64,000 nt of DNA from Pseudomonadota bacterium (GTDB lineage: Bacteria; Pseudomonadota; Gammaproteobacteria; Burkholderiales; Thiobacillaceae), in NCBI GenBank assembly GCA_040754275.1, contig JBFMCW010000001.1, positions 37,025 through 101,024 on the forward strand, given 5' to 3'. Of the stretch, positions 1-17,963 are shown one piece after another (the stretch's first letter is position 1; each line of letters begins with the position of its first letter). Under the pieces are notes generated by a model. It did not search any database. It was given only the letters and a program-made list of their open reading frames with translations, and was not told the origin of the DNA. The translations under genes were made by a program, and so were the position numbers.

Positions 1-96
1 GGTTCCGATCCGGTAGACTATCAAAGCGCCGAGCAGGAACAGCAGTCGGCGCTTGAGATCGCCGAACTTGTTCATACCGGTTTTAGGCGTGGCCAA
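1..96 (-). CDS. secY: Preprotein translocase SecY, 5' end only (runs off window start)
   Basis: Manual translation from TTG at 96 (or ATG at 75) gives MATPKTGMNKFGDLKRRLLFLLGALIVYRIGT, a SecY N-terminus; canonical position after rplO. Confidence 0.9.
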   Translation of the reverse strand, partial: MATPKTGMNKFGDLKRRLLFLLGALIVYRIGT

Positions 97-113
97 GACA
101 AATCCCGCCTGAA

Positions 114-548
114 TTACTCGGCGACGCTGCCACCAGCAGCCTCGATCGCGGCGCGCGCACCCTTGGTCACGACCACGCCTGAGAGTTTGATCGCCCTGCC
201 GATTTCGCCTGACAGGTAAATCCGTGCGGCACGCGCACTGCCACTCACCACGCCCGCCTGTTTCAACACCAGCAGGTCGATCTGGTCCGCGCCGATTGCG
301 GCCAGCTCGGACAGGCGCACACGCGCCGTATCATCCTTGGTAAGCGACACGAAACCGCGCTTCGGCAGCCGGCGGTGCATCGGCATCTGGCCGCCCTCGA
401 AACCGACCTTGTGAAAGCCGCCCGCACGCGACTTCTGGCCCTTGTGACCGCGACCAGCCGTCTTTCCCAGGCCGGATCCGATGCCTCGCCCGACACGGCG
501 CTTGTCCTTCTTGGCGCCGTCAGCCGGCTTGATCGTATTCAGTTCCAT
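114..548 (-). CDS. rplO: 50S ribosomal protein L15
   Basis: [22 protein letters not shown] and GFEGGQMP motifs; spc operon order. Confidence 0.99.
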   Translation of the reverse strand: MELNTIKPADGAKKDKRRVGRGIGSGLGKTAGRGHKGQKSRAGGFHKVGFEGGQMPMHRRLPKRGFVSLTKDDTARVRLSELAAIGADQIDLLVLKQAGVVSGSARAARIYLSGEIGRAIKLSGVVVTKGARAAIEAAGGSVAE

Positions 549-734
549 TTAAGCCTCGCACTTCACCAAATAGGCAACCTTGGTAATCATTCCACGGTTG
601 GCCGGGGTATCCAGAACTTCAACGGTATGGTTCAGCCGGCGCAGCCCCAGACCGCGCACGCAGGCACGATGCGGAGCCTTGGTACCGATCAGGCTCTTGA
701 CCAGCGTCACCTTGATTTTCTTCTGCTCGCCCAT
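549..734 (-). CDS. rpmD: 50S ribosomal protein L30
   Basis: [11 protein letters not shown]...[22 protein letters not shown]. Confidence 0.98.
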   Translation of the reverse strand: MGEQKKIKVTLVKSLIGTKAPHRACVRGLGLRRLNHTVEVLDTPANRGMITKVAYLVKCEA

Positions 735-737
735 GAC

Positions 738-1253
738 TTACCCCGTGATGTCTTCGACTGACTTGCCGCGCTTGGCAGCGATTTCAGATGGCGTCGACAT
801 CTTCATCAGGCCATCGATCGTCGCACGCACGACGTTGTAGGGATTGGTCGAGCCCAGACACTTGGCAAGCACGTTCTGCACGCCCATCACCTCGAACACC
901 GCACGCATCGCGCCGCCCGCGATGATGCCGGTACCCTCGGAGGCCGGCTGGATCAGCACGCGCGACGCGCCATGCTGCCCGACCACGGTGTGATGGAAGG
1001 TCCCGTTCTTGAGGCTGATCTTGACCAGCTTGCGACGCGCTTCCTCCATGGCTTTCTGCACGGCCACCGGGACTTCACGGGACTTGCCCTTACCCATGCC
1101 GATGCCGCCTTCGCCGTCGCCGACCACGGTCAGCGCTGCAAAACCCATGATCCGGCCACCTTTCACCACTTTGGTGACGCGGTTGACCGAAATCATCTTC
1201 TCGCGCAAGCCGTCGCCGCGCTCTTCGTTACTCGTAGGTGCTGTACGGGCCAT
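738..1253 (-). CDS. rpsE: 30S ribosomal protein S5
   Basis: [36 protein letters not shown] motifs. Confidence 0.99.
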   Translation of the reverse strand: MARTAPTSNEERGDGLREKMISVNRVTKVVKGGRIMGFAALTVVGDGEGGIGMGKGKSREVPVAVQKAMEEARRKLVKISLKNGTFHHTVVGQHGASRVLIQPASEGTGIIAGGAMRAVFEVMGVQNVLAKCLGSTNPYNVVRATIDGLMKMSTPSEIAAKRGKSVEDITG

Positions 1254-1268
1254 CTTGAGTCTGCCTCG

Positions 1269-1622
1269 TTAAAATACCAAACCGCCTTCGCGGGCCGCAT
1301 CGGCCAGGGCCTTGACGCGCCCATGGAACTTGAAGCCAGACCGGTCGAAAGCCACTTTTTCAATGCCCAAGCCTTTGGCCTTTTCCGCCAGACGCTTGCC
1401 CACTGCCGCCGCCGCAGCCGTGTTGCCACCGTTCGCCAGCTGGCTGCGCATGTCCTTGTCGTTGGAGGACGCGCTGGTCATCACCGTGCCGCCATCTGCC
1501 GAGATGATCTGGGCATAAATGTGGCTGTTGGTACGATGGATGGCCAGGCGAATCGCCTTGACGGCCGCGATTTTGGCGCGGGTTTTGCGCGCTCTGCGAA
1601 TCCGTGATTGCTTGGTGTTCAT
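1269..1622 (-). CDS. rplR: 50S ribosomal protein L18
   Basis: [25 protein letters not shown]-terminus. Confidence 0.99.
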   Translation of the reverse strand: MNTKQSRIRRARKTRAKIAAVKAIRLAIHRTNSHIYAQIISADGGTVMTSASSNDKDMRSQLANGGNTAAAAAVGKRLAEKAKGLGIEKVAFDRSGFKFHGRVKALADAAREGGLVF

Positions 1623-1638
1623 TGTCTGTCCTTAAGCC

Positions 1639-2169
1639 TTACTTCTTCTTGGTCTCTTTCTTGATGACCACTTCGTCGCTGTAGCGAACGCCCTTGCCCT
1701 TGTAGGGCTCCGGCGGACGATAGGCACGCACGTCGGCCGCGACCTGGCCGACCGCCTGGCGATCGATGCCCTTGATCACGATTTCGGTCTGCGACGGCGT
1801 CTCGACCTTGATGCCGGCCGGCATCTTGTGCACGACAGGATGCGAGAAGCCGAGCGTGAGGTTGAGTGCATCGCCCTGAGCCTGGGCACGATAACCCACG
1901 CCAACGAGCGTGAGGCGTTTCTCGAAGCCCTTGGATACACCTTGCACCATATTATTGACCAGCGCCCGCATCGTGCCGGCCATGGCGTTGGCCTGGATGC
2001 TCTCGCCCACAGGCGCAAACGTCAGCACGCCATCGTTGAGCGCAACGGTGACGTTCGGAGAAGAGGCCTGACTGATCGAACCCAACGGCCCTTTCACAGC
2101 GATATCAGCACCCAGCGTCACCTCGACGCCCTTGGGCAGGGTAATGGGATTTTTTGCTACTCGTGACAT
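1639..2169 (-). CDS. rplF: 50S ribosomal protein L6
   Basis: [28 protein letters not shown]. Confidence 0.99.
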   Translation of the reverse strand: MSRVAKNPITLPKGVEVTLGADIAVKGPLGSISQASSPNVTVALNDGVLTFAPVGESIQANAMAGTMRALVNNMVQGVSKGFEKRLTLVGVGYRAQAQGDALNLTLGFSHPVVHKMPAGIKVETPSQTEIVIKGIDRQAVGQVAADVRAYRPPEPYKGKGVRYSDEVVIKKETKKK

Positions 2170-2181
2170 ATCTGTTCCCCC

Positions 2182-2577
2182 TTACGCAACCACGCAGAGG
2201 ATCTCGCCGCCCACGCCCTTGGCGCGCGCATGCCGGTCCGTCATGACGCCGCTCGATGTGGACACGATCGCAACCCCCAGGCCGTTCATCACGCGCGGCA
2301 ATTCCTGGGCGCCCTTGTAAATGCGCAGACCGGGCTTGCTGATGCGCTCGATGTGCTCGATCACCGGGCGACCTGCGTAATACTTCAGCTGGATCTCCAG
2401 TTCGGGCTTGCCGGTCTCGCCACGCACGGCGAAATCGTCAATGTAACCCTCGTCTTTCAACACCTTGGCGATTGCCACCTTAACCTTGGAAGAGGGCATC
2501 GACACCGTGGCCTTCTCCACCGATTGCGCATTGCGGATGCGGGTCAGCATGTCCGCGATGGGATCACTCATACTCAT
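2182..2577 (-). CDS. rpsH: 30S ribosomal protein S8
   Basis: [35 protein letters not shown]. Confidence 0.99.
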   Translation of the reverse strand: MSMSDPIADMLTRIRNAQSVEKATVSMPSSKVKVAIAKVLKDEGYIDDFAVRGETGKPELEIQLKYYAGRPVIEHIERISKPGLRIYKGAQELPRVMNGLGVAIVSTSSGVMTDRHARAKGVGGEILCVVA

Positions 2578-2589
2578 GTCGTTCGCCCT

Positions 2590-2895
2590 TTACCAGCTTG
2601 CCTTGACGATGCCGGGGATCTCGCCCTTCATCGCGTACTCACGCAACTTGCCGCGCGCCAGCCCGAATTTGCTGAACACGCCGCGCGGACGCCCCGTCAA
2701 CTGGCAGCGGTTGCGCTGGCGGACCGGGCTCGCATTGCGCGGCAGGGCCTGCAGCGCCTGATAGGCAGCCATGCGCTCTTCATCGGTGCTTTGCGAATTG
2801 GCAATCACCGCCTTCAGAGCCGCGCGCTTGGCCGCGAATTTCTTCACCGTGCGCGCACGCTTTTCTTCACGATTGATCAAGGATAACTTGGCCAT
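2590..2895 (-). CDS. rpsN: 30S ribosomal protein S14 (long, non-zinc-ribbon type)
   Basis: Start reassigned to ATG at 2895 ([11 protein letters not shown]); [23 protein letters not shown]; 101 aa. Confidence 0.98.
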   Translation of the reverse strand: MAKLSLINREEKRARTVKKFAAKRAALKAVIANSQSTDEERMAAYQALQALPRNASPVRQRNRCQLTGRPRGVFSKFGLARGKLREYAMKGEIPGIVKASW

Positions 2896-2902
2896 GCCTA
2901 CC

Positions 2903-3442
2903 TCAATTCTTGAACGGGAAACTGAAGGCGGCCAGCAGGGCACGCGCTTCGTCATCGGACTTGGCGGTGGTTGTGATGGTGATGTTCATCCCACGCAGCG
3001 CATCGATCTTGTCGTACTCGATTTCCGGGAAAATGATCTGTTCCTTGACGCCCATGTTGTAGTTGCCACGGCCATCGAAGGATTTGCCGGACACGCCACG
3101 GAAGTCGCGGATGCGCGGCATGGCAACCGTAACCAGGCGATCCAGGAATTCATACATCTGGCCGCGGCGCAACGTCACCATGCATCCGACCGGATAGTTC
3201 TCGCGAATCTTGAAGCCAGCAATGGACTTCTTCGACTTGGTGACGACCGGCTTCTGGCCGGCGATCTTCTGCATGTCGCCAACAGCGTGCTCCATCACCT
3301 TCTTGTCCGCCACAGCTTCGCCCACACCCATGTTCAGGGTGATCTTCTGGATGCGCGGGACCTCCATGACGGACTTGTACCCAAACTGCTCAATCAGCTT
3401 CGGCACCACGTTGTCACGATAAAATTCTTGCAAGCGCGCCAT
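2903..3442 (-). CDS. rplE: 50S ribosomal protein L5
   Basis: [38 protein letters not shown]. Confidence 0.99.
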   Translation of the reverse strand: MARLQEFYRDNVVPKLIEQFGYKSVMEVPRIQKITLNMGVGEAVADKKVMEHAVGDMQKIAGQKPVVTKSKKSIAGFKIRENYPVGCMVTLRRGQMYEFLDRLVTVAMPRIRDFRGVSGKSFDGRGNYNMGVKEQIIFPEIEYDKIDALRGMNITITTTAKSDDEARALLAAFSFPFKN

Positions 3443-3444
3443 GA

Positions 3445-3768
3445 TTACCCCTGTGCGTCGACCATTTCGCCGTTCGACTTGAACACCCGCACCTTGCGGC
3501 CATCCTCGAGCAGCTTGTAACCCACCCGATCCGCCTTCTGCGTCGCAGGATTGAACAGCGCGACATTGGAAGCCTCGATCGGCATTTCCTTCTCGACGAT
3601 CCCACCCTGAATGTTGCGCATGGGATTCGGTTTCTGGTGCTTCTTGACGCGGTTGACACCCTCAATCACCAGCGCACCATCGTCAAGCACGCGTAGAACC
3701 GTACCGCGCTTGCCTTTGTCTTTGCCGGTGAGCACGATCACCTGGTCGTTTTTTCGAATACGAGCCAT
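3445..3768 (-). CDS. rplX: 50S ribosomal protein L24
   Basis: [20 protein letters not shown] motif. Confidence 0.99.
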   Translation of the reverse strand: MARIRKNDQVIVLTGKDKGKRGTVLRVLDDGALVIEGVNRVKKHQKPNPMRNIQGGIVEKEMPIEASNVALFNPATQKADRVGYKLLEDGRKVRVFKSNGEMVDAQG

Positions 3769-3777
3769 GATTCCCTC

Positions 3778-4146
3778 TTACAGAACCTCGGGTGCCAGCG
3801 AGACGATCTTCATGAACTTCTCGGTACGCAGTTCACGCGTCACAGGCCCGAAGATACGGGTCCCGATCGGCTCCAGTTTGTTGTTGAGCAGCACGGCGGC
3901 GTTGCCGTCGAAGCGCACCAGCGAGCCGTCGGGACGGCGCACGCCCTTGGCAGTGCGCACGACGACCGCGTTGTACACGTCGCCCTTCTTCACGCGCCCA
4001 CGTGGCGCCGCATCCTTGATGCTGACTTTGATAATGTCGCCCACGCTCGCGTAGCGACGATGACTGCCGCCCAGCACCTTGATGCACATCACCGAGCGCG
4101 CACCCGTGTTGTCAGCCACGTCCAATACGGACTGCATCTGAATCAT
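3778..4146 (-). CDS. rplN: 50S ribosomal protein L14
   Basis: [32 protein letters not shown]. Confidence 0.99.
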   Translation of the reverse strand: MIQMQSVLDVADNTGARSVMCIKVLGGSHRRYASVGDIIKVSIKDAAPRGRVKKGDVYNAVVVRTAKGVRRPDGSLVRFDGNAAVLLNNKLEPIGTRIFGPVTRELRTEKFMKIVSLAPEVL

Positions 4147-4279
4147 TTGTTTGCCTCCAACTTAACCCACCATGCGGTGGCCAGTTTTGGAACCCGTTCG
4201 GGAGAAGTTCCGCCAAAGGCGGAACGGTATCTGGTCAGCGAACCGGTCCATGCCCGGCCAGCCAACCGGAAAACCCGGC

Positions 4280-4307
4280 ACTATACCGGGTCTAGCTACC
4301 CAACGCA
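4280..4307 (-). promoter_or_regulatory. Putative sigma70 promoter of the spc operon
   Basis: TTGCGT (4307-4302), 16 nt, TATAGT (4285-4280), immediately after the rpsQ stop, at the expected S10/spc boundary. Confidence 0.55.
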
Positions 4308-4311
4308 AGCC

Positions 4312-4575
4312 TTATACGCGAGCGCGTTCGATCAACTTGCTGACAGTCCAGGCCTTGGTACGCGACAGCTTGCGCGATTCCACGATCTGCACAGTGTCAC
4401 CCTCGTGAAACTCGTTGTTTTCATCGTGGGCGTGGTACTTCTTGGACAGGCGGATCACCTTGCCGATGACCGGGTGCTTCACCCGGCGCTCGACCAGAAC
4501 AGTGACCGTCTTGTTCATCTTGTCGCTCACCACGCGTCCGGTCAGCGTGCGAACCATCTTCTTGCTTTCAGTCAT
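4312..4575 (-). CDS. rpsQ: 30S ribosomal protein S17
   Basis: [33 protein letters not shown]. Confidence 0.99.
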   Translation of the reverse strand: MTESKKMVRTLTGRVVSDKMNKTVTVLVERRVKHPVIGKVIRLSKKYHAHDENNEFHEGDTVQIVESRKLSRTKAWTVSKLIERARV

Positions 4576-4766
4576 GCTTGACCTGCCTTCTCGCGCATTA
4601 TCGTCTTGACCCGGGCGATATCCCGGCGCAGCTTGCCGAGATCGGCCGTCTTGTTGGACTGCTGCGTCGCCACCTGCATGCGCAGCGCAAAGTGCGCACG
4701 CAGGAGCGACTCGAGTTCCTGCTTCAGTTCGGCGGCATTCTTGCCGCGCATTTCCTTGGTATTCAT
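4572..4766 (-). CDS. rpmC: 50S ribosomal protein L29
   Basis: [10 protein letters not shown] motif; size and position. Confidence 0.97.
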   Translation of the reverse strand: MNTKEMRGKNAAELKQELESLLRAHFALRMQVATQQSNKTADLGKLRRDIARVKTIMREKAGQA

Positions 4767-4769
4767 CGA

Positions 4770-5186
4770 TCAGCTCCCGATCATGCGGGTCACGAAGGTG
4801 GTGGCGATCGGCAGCTTGGCCGCAGCCAGGCGGAAGGCTTCGCGTGCCAGCTCCTCGTTCACGCCATCCATTTCATACAAAACCTTGCCCGGCTGGATTT
4901 CGGCGACGTAGTACTCGGGGGCGCCCTTGCCGTTACCCATGCGGACTTCAGCCGGCTTACGCGAGATCGGTTTGTCCGGGAAGATGCGAATCCAGATGCG
5001 ACCGCCGCGCTTGATGTGGCGGGTCATCGCGCGGCGGGCCGCTTCGATCTGACGCGCAGTCAGACGACCGCGTCCCACGGCCTTGAGGCCGAAGTCACCA
5101 AAGCTCACACTCGCGCCGCGAGTGGCCAGACCGGTATTGCGGCCCTTCTGTTCCTTGCGGTATTTTCTTCTAGCTGGCTGCAGCAT
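4770..5186 (-). CDS. rplP: 50S ribosomal protein L16
   Basis: [23 protein letters not shown]. Confidence 0.99.
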   Translation of the reverse strand: MLQPARRKYRKEQKGRNTGLATRGASVSFGDFGLKAVGRGRLTARQIEAARRAMTRHIKRGGRIWIRIFPDKPISRKPAEVRMGNGKGAPEYYVAEIQPGKVLYEMDGVNEELAREAFRLAAAKLPIATTFVTRMIGS

Positions 5187-5874
5187 GTTTCACTCCCGAT
5201 TTCTTGCCGCGCTTTTCCTGTTCTGCGGCAGCAGGCTGCTCGCCGCGGTTCAGGGCGTCACCCTTGTAGACCCAGACCTTGATGCCGATGATGCCGTAGG
5301 TGGTCTTCGCTTCGGCAAAACCGTAGTCGATTTCCGCACGCAGGGTGTGCAGAGGCACGCGGCCTTCGCGATACCACTCGGTACGGGCAATTTCGGCACC
5401 GTTCAGACGACCCGAGCTCATGATCTTGATGCCCTGGGCACCCAAACGCATGGCGTTCTGCATGGCACGCTTCATGGCGCGACGGAACATCACGCGTTTC
5501 TCGAGTTGCTGGGCGATGCCATCAGCGATGATCTGCGCGTCGGTTTCAGGTTTGCGCACTTCCTCGATATTCACATGCACAGGCACCGACATCATGCGCG
5601 CCAGTTCGCCGCGCAGCACTTCGATATCTTCGCCCTTCTTTCCGATCACCACGCCGGGACGGCCGCTGAAGATCGTGATGCGTGCGTTCTTGGCCGGGCG
5701 CTCGATCAGCACCTTGGAAACCGAGGCATGCGCGAGCTTCTTCTTGAGATAGTCGCGAACCTTGATGTCCTCCAGCAGCGTGCTGGCAAAGTTGCGGTTC
5801 GAACCGTACCACTTGGCCGTCCAGATGCGCTGGACCCCCAAGCGGAAACCAGTCGGATGAATTTTTTGTCCCAT
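5170..5874 (-). CDS. rpsC: 30S ribosomal protein S3
   Basis: [33 protein letters not shown]. Confidence 0.99.
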   Translation of the reverse strand: MGQKIHPTGFRLGVQRIWTAKWYGSNRNFASTLLEDIKVRDYLKKKLAHASVSKVLIERPAKNARITIFSGRPGVVIGKKGEDIEVLRGELARMMSVPVHVNIEEVRKPETDAQIIADGIAQQLEKRVMFRRAMKRAMQNAMRLGAQGIKIMSSGRLNGAEIARTEWYREGRVPLHTLRAEIDYGFAEAKTTYGIIGIKVWVYKGDALNRGEQPAAAEQEKRGKKSGVKHAAAS

Positions 5875-5883
5875 CGCGCTTCC

Positions 5884-6216
5884 TTAATCGCCCACGGTCA
5901 CGGTGATGTGACAGGTCGGTTTGCTAATACGGTTGCCACGGCCCTTGGCGCGCGCAGTGAAGCGCTTGAGCACCGGCCCTTGGTCGACATAGATCGTCTT
6001 CACTTTGAGGGTGTCGATGTCGGCACCTTCGTTGTGCTCGGCGTTGGCAATGGCCGACTCGAGCACCTTCTTGATGATGCCGGCGCCTTTCTTGGGGCTG
6101 AAGGCCAGAATATTCAGCGCCTTTTCCACGCGCAGGCCGCGGATCTGGTCGGCGACCAGACGGCCTTTCTGGGCAGACAGGCGGGTACCACGCAAAATCG
6201 CAGAAACTTCCATCAT
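5884..6216 (-). CDS. rplV: 50S ribosomal protein L22
   Basis: [28 protein letters not shown]. Confidence 0.99.
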   Translation of the reverse strand: MMEVSAILRGTRLSAQKGRLVADQIRGLRVEKALNILAFSPKKGAGIIKKVLESAIANAEHNEGADIDTLKVKTIYVDQGPVLKRFTARAKGRGNRISKPTCHITVTVGD

Positions 6217-6223
6217 GCGCTCC

Positions 6224-6499
6224 TTATTTCTTCGCCTTCTTGTCCGCGACGTGCCCCTTGAAGGTACGCGTCAACGAGAACTCGCCCAGCTTGTGGCCAA
6301 CCATGTTCTCGGTCACGAAGACCGGAACGTGCTGGCGACCGTTGTGCACCGCGATCGTCAGACCGATGAAATCGGGAAGTATGGTGGAACGACGCGACCA
6401 GGTCTTGACTGGACGCTTGTCGTTCGAGCCGCGCACCGCCTCGATTTTTTTCAGGAGATGGGCGTCGACGAACGGACCCTTCTTAATTGAACGTGCCAT
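6224..6499 (-). CDS. rpsS: 30S ribosomal protein S19
   Basis: [28 protein letters not shown]. Confidence 0.99.
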   Translation of the reverse strand: MARSIKKGPFVDAHLLKKIEAVRGSNDKRPVKTWSRRSTILPDFIGLTIAVHNGRQHVPVFVTENMVGHKLGEFSLTRTFKGHVADKKAKK

Positions 6500-6514
6500 A
6501 TCTTTCTACCTCAA

Positions 6515-7342
6515 TCAGCGCGCGTGACGGCGGCGGACGATCATGTTGGAGGTGCGCTTGTTGCTGCGGGTCCGATAGCCCTTGGTCGGCGTACCCCAGG
6601 GGCTGACCGGATGGCGGCCTGCCGCGGTACGACCTTCGCCACCGCCATGCGGGTGGTCGATCGGGTTCATGACCACGCCGCGCACGGTCGGGCGCACGCC
6701 ACGCCAGCGCATCGCACCGGCCTTGCCGATCGAACGCAGACTGTGCTCTTCGTTGCCAACCTCGCCCAAGGTGGCACGGCAATCGACGTGTACCTTGCGA
6801 ATCTCGCCCGAGCGCAGGCGCAGCTGCGCATAAGCCCCTTCGCGCGCAAGAAGCTGTACGGAGGTACCCGCGGAACGCGCGATCTGCGCACCCTTGCCCG
6901 GCATCATTTCGACGCAGTGAATCGTCGAACCGACCGGAATGCTGCGCAACGGCAGGCAATTGCCGGACTTGATCGGCGCATCGGCGCCATTCAGCAGCTG
7001 CTGGCCGACCTCGACACCGCGCGGCCCGATGATGTAACGACGCTCGCCGTCGGCGTAGCACAGCAACGCCAGGTGCGCGGAGCGGTTGGGGTCGTACTCG
7101 ATGCGCTCGACGCGCGCCGGGATGCCATCCTTGTTACGACGGAAATCCACCACACGGTAGTGCTGCTTGTGACCGCCACCCTTGTGACGGACCGTGATGT
7201 GACCGTTATTGTTGCGACCCGAGCCGCGCTTCTTCGGTTCGAGCAGTGCCGCGACCGGTTTGCCCTTGTGCAGGCCCGGAGTCACGACCTTCACTACCGC
7301 ACGACGACCGGCGGAAGTGGGTTTGACTTTAATCAGTGCCAT
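6515..7342 (-). CDS. rplB: 50S ribosomal protein L2
   Basis: [36 protein letters not shown]. Confidence 0.99.
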   Translation of the reverse strand: MALIKVKPTSAGRRAVVKVVTPGLHKGKPVAALLEPKKRGSGRNNNGHITVRHKGGGHKQHYRVVDFRRNKDGIPARVERIEYDPNRSAHLALLCYADGERRYIIGPRGVEVGQQLLNGADAPIKSGNCLPLRSIPVGSTIHCVEMMPGKGAQIARSAGTSVQLLAREGAYAQLRLRSGEIRKVHVDCRATLGEVGNEEHSLRSIGKAGAMRWRGVRPTVRGVVMNPIDHPHGGGEGRTAAGRHPVSPWGTPTKGYRTRSNKRTSNMIVRRRHAR

Positions 7343-7354
7343 GGTTGTTCTCCC

Positions 7355-7663
7355 TTACTGGCCGGACGCGAAGTCGATGTCCTGACCCGGCTTGAGGGTG
7401 ACATACGCCTTCTTCCAGTTATCGCGACGGCCCATGACACGACCCGCACGCTTGACCTTGCCTTTGACGTTCAACACCTGCACGCCGGTCACCTCGACCT
7501 TGAACAGGGCGGCGACAGCGGCGCCGATTTCCTGCTTGGTCGCATCCGGCAGCACACGGAACACCACCTGGTTCATCTTGTCGGCCACTCGCGTGCTCTT
7601 TTCGGAGATCACGGGCGCGAGGATGACTTTGAGCAGACGCTCTTGACTGATCGCACCCATCAC
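7355..7663 (-). CDS. rplW: 50S ribosomal protein L23
   Basis: [21 protein letters not shown]; start at 7663 or 7660. Confidence 0.98.
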   Translation of the reverse strand: MMGAISQERLLKVILAPVISEKSTRVADKMNQVVFRVLPDATKQEIGAAVAALFKVEVTGVQVLNVKGKVKRAGRVMGRRDNWKKAYVTLKPGQDIDFASGQ

Positions 7664-8277
7664 ACCATCTCCTCGAATTGCTTGATCGCCGCCTTAGTGA
7701 TCAGCACGTTACCGAATTTGACCAAGCTCCACGGGTCGGCCTGATGCGGCTCGACCACATAGACATCACGCAGGTTGCGCGAGGACAACCAGAGATTGTC
7801 GTCCACGCTATCGGCGATGATCATGACCTTGCCGTAGCCCATGGCCTTCAGCTTGCCCGCCAGTACCTTGGTCTTGGGCGACTCGATGCCGAGGCTTTCG
7901 ACCACCTTCAGCTTGCCTTCGCGCGCCAGTTGCGACAGTACGGTGGCGAGACCGGCGCGGTACATCTTGCGGTTCACCTTGTGAGTGAAGTTTTCGTTCG
8001 GCTTGTTCGGGAAAGTCACGCCACCGCCACGCCAGATGGGGCTGGAAGTGCGGCCCGAACGCGCACGGCCGGTACCTTTCTGACGCCACGGCTTGTGCGT
8101 GGAGGCCGTGACTTCGGCACGCGTCTGCTGCGCACGGTTGCCGCTGCGGGCGTTTGCCAGGAACGCAGTGACCACTTGGTGCACCAGCGCTTCGTTGTAA
8201 TCGCGACCAAAGGTGTCGTCAGCCGCGCTGACGCTGGCCACCTGCTGACCCTGATCGTTAATGACTGCCAGATCCAT
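7660..8277 (-). CDS. rplD: 50S ribosomal protein L4
   Basis: [22 protein letters not shown]. Confidence 0.99.
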   Translation of the reverse strand: MDLAVINDQGQQVASVSAADDTFGRDYNEALVHQVVTAFLANARSGNRAQQTRAEVTASTHKPWRQKGTGRARSGRTSSPIWRGGGVTFPNKPNENFTHKVNRKMYRAGLATVLSQLAREGKLKVVESLGIESPKTKVLAGKLKAMGYGKVMIIADSVDDNLWLSSRNLRDVYVVEPHQADPWSLVKFGNVLITKAAIKQFEEMV

Positions 8278-8921
8278 CAGGCACCCCCTTTCACAGCCGG
8301 ACGCACCACCACGTGACCACCCTTGGCACCCGGGACGGCACCCTTCAAAAGCACGAGGCCACGCTCGGCGTCCACCCGCACCACTTCAAGATTCTGCTTC
8401 GTGCATGTCACCGCACCCATATGGCCGGCCATTCGCTTGCCCGGGAACACGCGCCCCGGATCCTGCGCCATGCCGATGGAACCGGGCACGTTGTGCGAAC
8501 GCGAGTTGCCGTGTGTCGCACGCTGCGAACCGAAATTGTGGCGCTTGATGGTGCCGGCAAAACCCTTGCCCTGCGTCACGCCCGTGACGTCGACCTTCTG
8601 GCCCGCCTGGAACAGATCGACGGAAACGACGGCGCCAGGCTGGTATTGCGCAGCCTCTTCCGCAGACACGCGGAATTCGCGCAGCAGTTCGCCGGCGTCG
8701 ACACCCGCCTTTGCGAAGTGACCGGCTTCTGCCTTGTTGACGCGGCTATTGCGGCGGCTGCCATAGGCGACCTGCACGGCGGTATAGCCGTCGTTTTCAG
8801 AGGTGCGCACTTGCGTGACACGATTATTTGACATTTCCAGCACCGTCACCGGAACGGACGCACCGTTCTCGGTAAAAATGCGGGTCATGCCGACCTTGCG
8901 GCCAACGAGCCCGATACTCAT
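8277..8921 (-). CDS. rplC: 50S ribosomal protein L3
   Basis: Start reassigned to ATG at 8921 ([13 protein letters not shown]); [22 protein letters not shown]. Confidence 0.99.
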   Translation of the reverse strand: MSIGLVGRKVGMTRIFTENGASVPVTVLEMSNNRVTQVRTSENDGYTAVQVAYGSRRNSRVNKAEAGHFAKAGVDAGELLREFRVSAEEAAQYQPGAVVSVDLFQAGQKVDVTGVTQGKGFAGTIKRHNFGSQRATHGNSRSHNVPGSIGMAQDPGRVFPGKRMAGHMGAVTCTKQNLEVVRVDAERGLVLLKGAVPGAKGGHVVVRPAVKGGA

Positions 8922-9025
8922 GTTCGTATTTCCTATCTCTGGCCGGAGGCGCAGCGCCGCCAGCAAGGGTTGTAGGTGCCGATTACAATTGACCGGCGAC
9001 TAATGTATACAACTGAAGGGGCGGC

Positions 9026-9054
9026 ATTATACGCATGCCGCCTGCTTTTTACAA
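9026..9054 (-). promoter_or_regulatory. Putative sigma70 promoter upstream of rplC
   Basis: TTGTAA (9054-9049, includes the rpsJ TAA stop), 17 nt, TATAAT (9031-9026), followed by a GC-rich discriminator GCCGCC. Confidence 0.7.
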
Positions 9055-9357
9055 CTTGATCTCGACGTCCACGCCAGCCGGCAGGTCCAGCTTCATCAGG
9101 GCGTCCACCGTCTTGTCGGTGGGATCCATGATGTCCATCAGACGGCGATGGGTGCGGATCTCAAACTGGTCGCGGCTCGCCTTGTTGACGTGCGGCGAGC
9201 GCAGGATATCGAAACGCTCGATCGAGGTCGGCAATGGGACCGGCCCCTTGACGACGGCGCCGGTGCGCTTGGCGGTCTCGACGATCTCCAGCGCGGACTG
9301 GTCGATCAGTTTGTAGTCGAACGCCTTCAGGCGAATGCGGATTTTCTGGTTTTGCAT
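9049..9357 (-). CDS. rpsJ: 30S ribosomal protein S10
   Basis: Start reassigned to ATG at 9357 ([14 protein letters not shown]); [21 protein letters not shown]. Confidence 0.99.
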   Translation of the reverse strand: MQNQKIRIRLKAFDYKLIDQSALEIVETAKRTGAVVKGPVPLPTSIERFDILRSPHVNKASRDQFEIRTHRRLMDIMDPTDKTVDALMKLDLPAGVDVEIKL

Positions 9358-9367
9358 GGGGTTCGCC

Positions 9368-10558
<1,191 letters not shown>

Positions 10559-10599
10559 TTCTCTTACCCTATCAATTCAAAAAATCTGTCTGGATCGGC

Positions 10600-12690
10600 T
10601 TACTTCTTGGCAACGATCGCTTCGGCGATGTTTTTGGGAGCTTCCGAATAGTGCTTGAACTCCATGGAGTAGGTCGCACGGCCCTGCGACATCGAACGCA
10701 GGTCGGTGGAATACCCGAACATCTCGGCCAGCGGCACTTCAGCGCGAATCTGTTTCACGCCGTTGGCATCTTCCATGCCCTGGATGATGCCGCGACGACG
10801 GTTCAGGTCACCCATGACATCGCCCATGTAGTCTTCCGGGGTCTCGACTTCGACTGCCATCATCGGCTCGAGCAGTACCGGGCTGGCCTTGCGCATTCCG
10901 TCCTTGAACGCGAGCGAGGCAGCCAGCTTGAACGCCAGTTCGGACGAGTCGACGTCGTGGTACGAGCCGTCGAACAGGGTGAACTTGACGTCGACCACCG
11001 GGAAACCGGCGAGCACGCCGTTGTTCATGGCCTCCTGCAGACCCTTGTCCACGGCCGGAATGTATTCGCGCGGTACCGTACCGCCCTTGATGGCGTCAAC
11101 GAACTCGTAACCCTTGCCCTGCTCGTTCGGTTCCATCTTGATCCAGACGTGACCGTACTGGCCCTTACCGCCCGACTGCTTGGCATGCTTGCCTTCGACC
11201 TCGACCGATTTGCGAATGGCTTCGCGGTAGGCCACCTGCGGCGCACCGACGTTCGCCTCGACGCCAAACTCGCGCCTCATGCGGTCGACGATGATTTCGA
11301 GGTGCAACTCGCCCATGCCCGAGATGATTGTCTGACCCGATTCCTCGTCGGTTCGAACACGGAACGACGGATCTTCCTGGGCAAGACGGCCCAGCGCCAG
11401 ACCCATCTTTTCCTGATCGGCCTTGGATTTCGGTTCCACTGCAACGTGGATCACCGGTTCCGGGAATTCCATGCGCTCGAGGGTGATCGGCGAGCCGAGG
11501 TCGCACAGGGTATCGCCAGTCGTGACATCCTTCAGACCCACGGCAGCAGCGATGTCGCCAGCCCGCACTTCCTTGATCTCTTCACGGTTGTTGGCGTGCA
11601 TCTGCAGGATGCGGCCGATGCGTTCCTTGCGCCCCTTGACCGGGTTGTAGATGGTGTCGCCCGAATTGACCACGCCCGAATAGACGCGGAAGAAGATCAA
11701 CTGGCCCACATAGGGGTCGGTTGCGATCTTGAATGCCAGCGCCGAGAACTTCTCGTCATCACTCGCCTTGCGGGACGCCGTGCTGCCGTCTTCTAGCTCA
11801 CCCTCGACCGGGGGAATATCGACCGGCGAGGGCATCAGCTCGACCACCTTGTCGAGCATGGCCTGCACACCCTTGTTCTTGAACGCCGAACCGCACATCA
11901 TCGGCACGATTTCGCTGGCAATGGTGCGCGCACGCAGGCCAGCCAGGATATCCGCCTCGGAGAGGTCACCCTCTTCGAGGTACTTGTTCATCAGATCCTC
12001 GGACGATTCCGCCGCGGCCTCGACCATGGCTTCGCGCCACTTCTTGCAGGTATCGACCAGATGGGCCGGGATGTCGCGCAGCTCGAATTTCATGCCCTGG
12101 CTGGCATCGTCCCAGAACACTGCCTTCATCTTGACCAGATCGACGACGCCCTCGAAATTGTCCTCGGCCCCGATCGGCACCTGCACGGGCACCGGATTGG
12201 CCTGCAGGCGGGTCTTCATCTGCTCGTAGACCTTGAAGAAATCGGCGCCCGAGCGATCCATCTTGTTGACAAACGCAATACGCGGGACACCGTACTTGTT
12301 GGCCTGACGCCATACGGTTTCCGACTGCGGTTGCACCCCACCCACCGCGCAGTACACCATGCATGCGCCGTCGAGCACACGCATCGAGCGCTCCACCTCG
12401 ATGGTGAAGTCAACGTGCCCCGGTGTATCGATGATGTTGATGCGATGCTCGGGGTACTTGCCGTCCATGCCCTTCCAGAAACAGGTCGTGGCTGCGGACG
12501 TGATCGTGATACCACGCTCCTGCTCCTGCTCCATCCAGTCCATGGTCGCCGCACCGTCGTGCACCTCGCCGATCTTGTGCGACTTGCCGGTATAGAACAG
12601 GATGCGTTCGGTAGTCGTCGTCTTGCCGGCGTCGATATGCGCGGAAATGCCGATGTTGCGATAGCGTTCGATGGGTGTCGTGCGTGCCAC
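10600..12690 (-). CDS. fusA: Elongation factor G
   Basis: GTG start; [21 protein letters not shown]; 696 aa. Confidence 0.99.
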   Translation of the reverse strand: MARTTPIERYRNIGISAHIDAGKTTTTERILFYTGKSHKIGEVHDGAATMDWMEQEQERGITITSAATTCFWKGMDGKYPEHRINIIDTPGHVDFTIEVERSMRVLDGACMVYCAVGGVQPQSETVWRQANKYGVPRIAFVNKMDRSGADFFKVYEQMKTRLQANPVPVQVPIGAEDNFEGVVDLVKMKAVFWDDASQGMKFELRDIPAHLVDTCKKWREAMVEAAAESSEDLMNKYLEEGDLSEADILAGLRARTIASEIVPMMCGSAFKNKGVQAMLDKVVELMPSPVDIPPVEGELEDGSTASRKASDDEKFSALAFKIATDPYVGQLIFFRVYSGVVNSGDTIYNPVKGRKERIGRILQMHANNREEIKEVRAGDIAAAVGLKDVTTGDTLCDLGSPITLERMEFPEPVIHVAVEPKSKADQEKMGLALGRLAQEDPSFRVRTDEESGQTIISGMGELHLEIIVDRMRREFGVEANVGAPQVAYREAIRKSVEVEGKHAKQSGGKGQYGHVWIKMEPNEQGKGYEFVDAIKGGTVPREYIPAVDKGLQEAMNNGVLAGFPVVDVKFTLFDGSYHDVDSSELAFKLAASLAFKDGMRKASPVLLEPMMAVEVETPEDYMGDVMGDLNRRRGIIQGMEDANGVKQIRAEVPLAEMFGYSTDLRSMSQGRATYSMEFKHYSEAPKNIAEAIVAKK

Positions 12691-12720
12691 GTTAAGTACC
12701 TGCTGTGCGATGCGTTGGGT

Positions 12721-13203
<483 letters not shown>

Positions 13204-13227
13204 CTATCTAGTTAAGCTTGCGCCTGA

Positions 13228-13605
13228 TCAGGCCTTCTTGGGACGCTTGGCGCCGTACTTCGAACGCGCCTGCTTGCGGTCTTTCACACCAGCGGTATCC
13301 AGGCTCCCGCGCACGGTGTGGTAACGCACGCCGGGCAAGTCCTTGACACGACCACCGCGCACCAGCACCACCGAGTGCTCCTGCAGGTTGTGCCCTTCCC
13401 CGCCGATGTAGCTGATGACCTCAAATCCGCTGGTGAGCTTGACCTTGCAGACCTTGCGCAGTGCAGAGTTCGGCTTCTTGGGCGTCGTGGTGTATACGCG
13501 CGTGCACACGCCGCGGCGTTGCGGGCAGGCCTTCAGGGCCGGAACCTTGCTCTTTTCCACCGGCGCCTGGCGCGGCTTGCGGATCAGCTGGTTGATGGTT
13601 GGCAT
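13228..13605 (-). CDS. rpsL: 30S ribosomal protein S12
   Basis: [32 protein letters not shown]. Confidence 0.99.
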   Translation of the reverse strand: MPTINQLIRKPRQAPVEKSKVPALKACPQRRGVCTRVYTTTPKKPNSALRKVCKVKLTSGFEVISYIGGEGHNLQEHSVVLVRGGRVKDLPGVRYHTVRGSLDTAGVKDRKQARSKYGAKRPKKA

Positions 13606-13717
13606 GTCAGAAATTCCGAATAAGCGTAATCGTTTCTAAAACAAGCGGGACGGCGTCTCGCCGTCCCGGACTAGGTCCTGCACTTCCGGCACTGCTGCGG
13701 CCGGAAAAAGACGCGTG

Positions 13718-13742
13718 ATTTTAGGAGAGTACCCCCCTGCTG

Positions 13743-13746
<4 letters not shown>
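13718..13746 (-). promoter_or_regulatory. Putative sigma70 promoter of the str operon
   Basis: TTGACA (13746-13741, includes the rpoC TGA stop), 17 nt, TAAAAT (13723-13718), followed by GC-rich CACGCG. Confidence 0.75.
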
Positions 13747-17942
<4,196 letters not shown>

Positions 17943-17963
17943 GGCTGTGTCCTCACCCCTAAA

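Noticed and set aside
5170-5186. 17-nt overlap of rpsC and rplP
   Set aside because: Both proteins are intact with normal termini; ordinary translational coupling
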